Positions 61,027-64,000 of a stretch of 64,000 nt of DNA are shown one piece after another (the stretch's first letter is position 1; every line of letters begins with the position of its first letter). The position numbers were made by a program, and so were the translations under genes. The notes beneath the pieces are model-generated. The model did no database searches and was not told the DNA's origin. It worked only from the letters and a program-made list of their open reading frames with translations. This DNA is from Rhizodiscina lignyota. Its lineage: Eukaryota. The DNA is taken from assembly GCA_010015805.1 (NCBI GenBank), contig ML978125.1, positions 1,674,001-1,738,000 of the forward strand. Reading direction: 5' to 3'.

Positions 61027-62317
61027 CTTTGCGGATTGTTGTTGATGCAGTCGCGTTGCTTGGAAGAAATTTCGGTTGTGGTGTCGTTGGATTTGCAAAT
61101 GTGTGGTTTGGCGGGAAATTCCGTCTCGCTTGGCGCTCGGGCCTCCGATTGGCCTTTAAGAAAACCTCGTCGACAGACGGGAGAACTTTTCTCTGAAACT
61201 ACACTTGACAAATTTTCTTCTCCCCCGGATCCTGTGGGACTACCAGTCTAACTAGGACACAGAGTCGTCATAATGGACCACTTCATAATGCTAATGGAAA
61301 TGCAGCCGTGATAGATGACCGACCATACGAAAGCCCCGAGGATATTGAGCCTCAGCGACTGTGTTTCTTCGCACCAGAGCACGACATAGCCTTTGATCCA
61401 ACGTAGCTTTCTAATTCCGAGAATCAATTGTAGCGGCCAGAAAGCGCCCTACTGCCTCTGATATAACACGGCTGATCTGTCGCGTATCGGATCCCAACTC
61501 ATCTGGACGGGACTTCAACAGGAGGAAGCCGCTGAGCATAGTGTCCATCTATTGACTCACGCTGTGATTATCTGGATTGATGTACGTCGTTTTCTTTGAT
61601 ACATACCTCTATTCCATATGATGATACTTTCCATTCAATATTTTCTGGTACCTCTTGATTTAAGGTCTTTGACCTAATGATCGCAACGGACTTCTGATCC
61701 CCATTCACCTCGAAATTCTTCCGTTCAATCTACTGTTCCAGAACATGGCCTAACATACGAACAGATATATCTCGGATGCTGTGTAGTTTGAGGAGGCGAG
61801 GGCATCCTTCCCGGTACGTCATTAGGGTAGGATATGTATAATATTATGTTCTTATTCGTTGAAGTGCGAATTTAGCAATATCTGTGTTATATCGTCCATC
61901 AATCTTCTCGACGTCTATTACGAGAGCCACAAGCAGCGGTGGGGGTTGTAATAGCCGAGAGTGACCCCACCAAAGTCCATACCATCTTTTGAACCCTAAG
62001 CGCATGCAGCAGCGCTTCACTATTGGCTGAGATACCTCGTATCGAATAGTTGTTGCATCCGAGCCTAACTTACAATATCCTCTCATCCATACCCCACTCT
62101 CAGCCTCATTGAGGAGGACGATATGCAAGAATATATGCAAAGCTTTGTGTAACAGTAGTGAATAGCTTTAGCTACTCGATTCAAAATCATCTGCAGCCAC
62201 TATCCACACCAAGTCGCCCATCCCTCCTAGGCTGTGCCTCCCGACGAACCTTAATTAGTCGCTCGTGGCGAACCCCGTTTGCCAGGCGGTAATCGGTTCG
62301 CTTCAACGTCATCTAGA

Positions 62318-64000
62318 ATGGGCGATAACACATACTTTTCAGAAGACAACAAATGGGACGCCGAGGACGGATTTCAACAAATCAGTGCTGATCTTCAATT
62401 CAGCGATAGATATGGGGTGAATACGTGGTGTGAAACATCAAGGAACGGTATAACCATCGATAGTGACAAACATGTATGCCGGTCGACCTATCTAGCATCG
62501 CCAGTCACCATTGCTAATTGCTCATTATAGGAAAGAGAGGAGTTATACAGGAAGCAGCAAAAGAGAGAAGAGGAAAGAAAGCAGCTCTTGGTGCACGTAG
62601 ACGACCGATGGGTATATATCGTGGATAACGACTTCGCACAAGCTTTCATCAGCAAGCTTGACTTTAAGGGTTCGGACCGTCTCCCTCGCTACTCATCTCC
62701 TCCAGAACTTTGCAACCGCTGTACCACCATCCAGCTGGGCGAAACCATCAGTACCCCTCAGCTACGAAAGAAGCTTAAGCCTTGTATCATGTGCCGAATG
62801 CAGTCTCGGCGCTCTGAGGCTGTGGACGAGAGGAACCGATTCCTTAACGCCCCGTCACTAAGAGTGTGCGCATCTCCAAGGGTCAAAAAGGCGCACCCAG
62901 ACGTTCAAGTTGGGTTTCCGGTCCTTCCGCGATCGAATAGTCCAATCCGGTTCAAACTAATGAACGAGTGGCTTCGCATTTGCGACGAAGATCATACCGA
63001 GTGTGTTGACGAGCCTACTGTCGGTGTCTACCCCGAATTGCCCACCAGGGTGATTGATATAGGGGAGCTATCCACTGATCACTTACGTCTCTGTGCTTTC
63101 AGTACGGAAGACAAGGAATCCTCTTGGCAGCCAAGATACATTGCTCTGTCCCATTGCTGGGGTAACCTGGCAGAAGAGCAGAAAAGACAGTACTGCACCT
63201 CTGCCGAAAACATTGACGAAAGGTCTAAGCAGGGCTTTGACATGGCCATACTGCCACGTACATTTCAAGACGCCGTCACTGTGACTCGAGAGCTGGGGAG
63301 ACGCTACCTCTGGATCGACTCCTTGTGCATCATCCAGTATGGCGACAATATGGAGGACTGGAAGAGGGAGGCCACGCGCATGGAAGGCGTGTTTAGGAAT
63401 GCGTATTGTACCATCGCCGCAACATCCGCGGCTGACTCGGCCAAGGGGTTTCTTAAACGCCCACGAGTCCAACAGCCAGAACTGCAATGCATCAAGGTAG
63501 AATCTTCTGCCCACGGACCGGTGTACGTTAGCTCCGTTGCCGATGATTTCCAGCGAGATGTCGAGCAAGGAATACTGAATCAACGCGCCTGGGTGCTGCA
63601 GGAAAGAGCTCTATCGCGCCGAATCATCCATTTCACCGCAACTCAGGCATACTGGGAATGTGGGAGTGGCGTGCGCTGCGAAACACTGACCTACATGCGC
63701 AACTCCAGAGCGCTCTTTCTGGGCGATGCCAAGTTTCCAGAGTCGCTGAATCTCCGGCGCTCGCTAGACAAGATCAAGCTATTTCAAGACCTCTTCATGA
63801 CGTACTCGCGTTTGGGCATCACGAAGCACACTGATAGGCCTCATGCGATTTCCGGGTTGGAGCAGCGGCTGGCAAGTACGTTCGGCACGGAGGCCAGATA
63901 CGGCGTGTTTGAGAAGTATCTTCACAGAAGTCTTCTATGGCAACGGTCTGGGGCTAAGAGAATGGATCGTATTCTGTATGCAGACGATGATGCTGTAGTG
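62318..64000 (+). CDS. HET-domain (heterokaryon incompatibility) protein, 3' end outside the window
   Basis: Exon 62318-62473, intron 62474-62530, then an open frame: WLRICDEDH, LPTRVIDIG, YIALSHCWG, LPRTFQDAV..LWIDSLCIIQ, LNQRAWVLQERALS. Confidence 0.88.

Noticed and set aside
61250..62300. Possible gene remnant between RPS13 and the HET gene
   Set aside because: Only short ORFs without recognisable motifs; cannot be supported.
1..64000. CRISPR arrays, rRNA, intact transposons, prokaryotic operons
   Set aside because: Eukaryotic intron-containing DNA; no repeat-spacer array, rRNA, transposase or reverse transcriptase motifs were seen.

Overview
Gene-dense window of a filamentous ascomycete (Pezizomycotina-type) nuclear genome, judged by short GT-AG introns with CTRAC branch points and fungal gene families. 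The left ~17.6 kb is a compact block of redox and hydrolytic enzymes: FAD monooxygenase (cut by the window edge), BBE-like flavin oxidase, NAD(P)-binding reductase, metallo-beta-lactamase-fold hydrolase, 3-hydroxyisobutyrate-dehydrogenase-like protein, three related P450s, an MFS transporter and a GH27. No PKS, NRPS or terpene synthase is in view, and the promoters share a TGTGGGGTA/CCCCAC (CreA-type) motif, which fits a candidate catabolic or detoxification cluster. The rest is mostly conserved housekeeping genes (Pal1-like, Ypt35, Mdm38/LETM1, Sec10, Nsr1, Alg6, Nce102-like, Erv46, 5'-nucleotidase, pirin, SF3B1, Dpy30/Sdc1, Rps13) interspersed with orphans, an intronless M24 peptidase, a BVMO and a HET-domain gene running off the right edge. 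Non-coding highlights are a ~146-nt Pol III-type structured RNA candidate that does not fold as a canonical tRNA, a long motif-rich 5'UTR intron in the nucleolin gene, and a structured RPS13 intron. Exon boundaries were read by eye, and family calls rest on motif recognition, not database searches.
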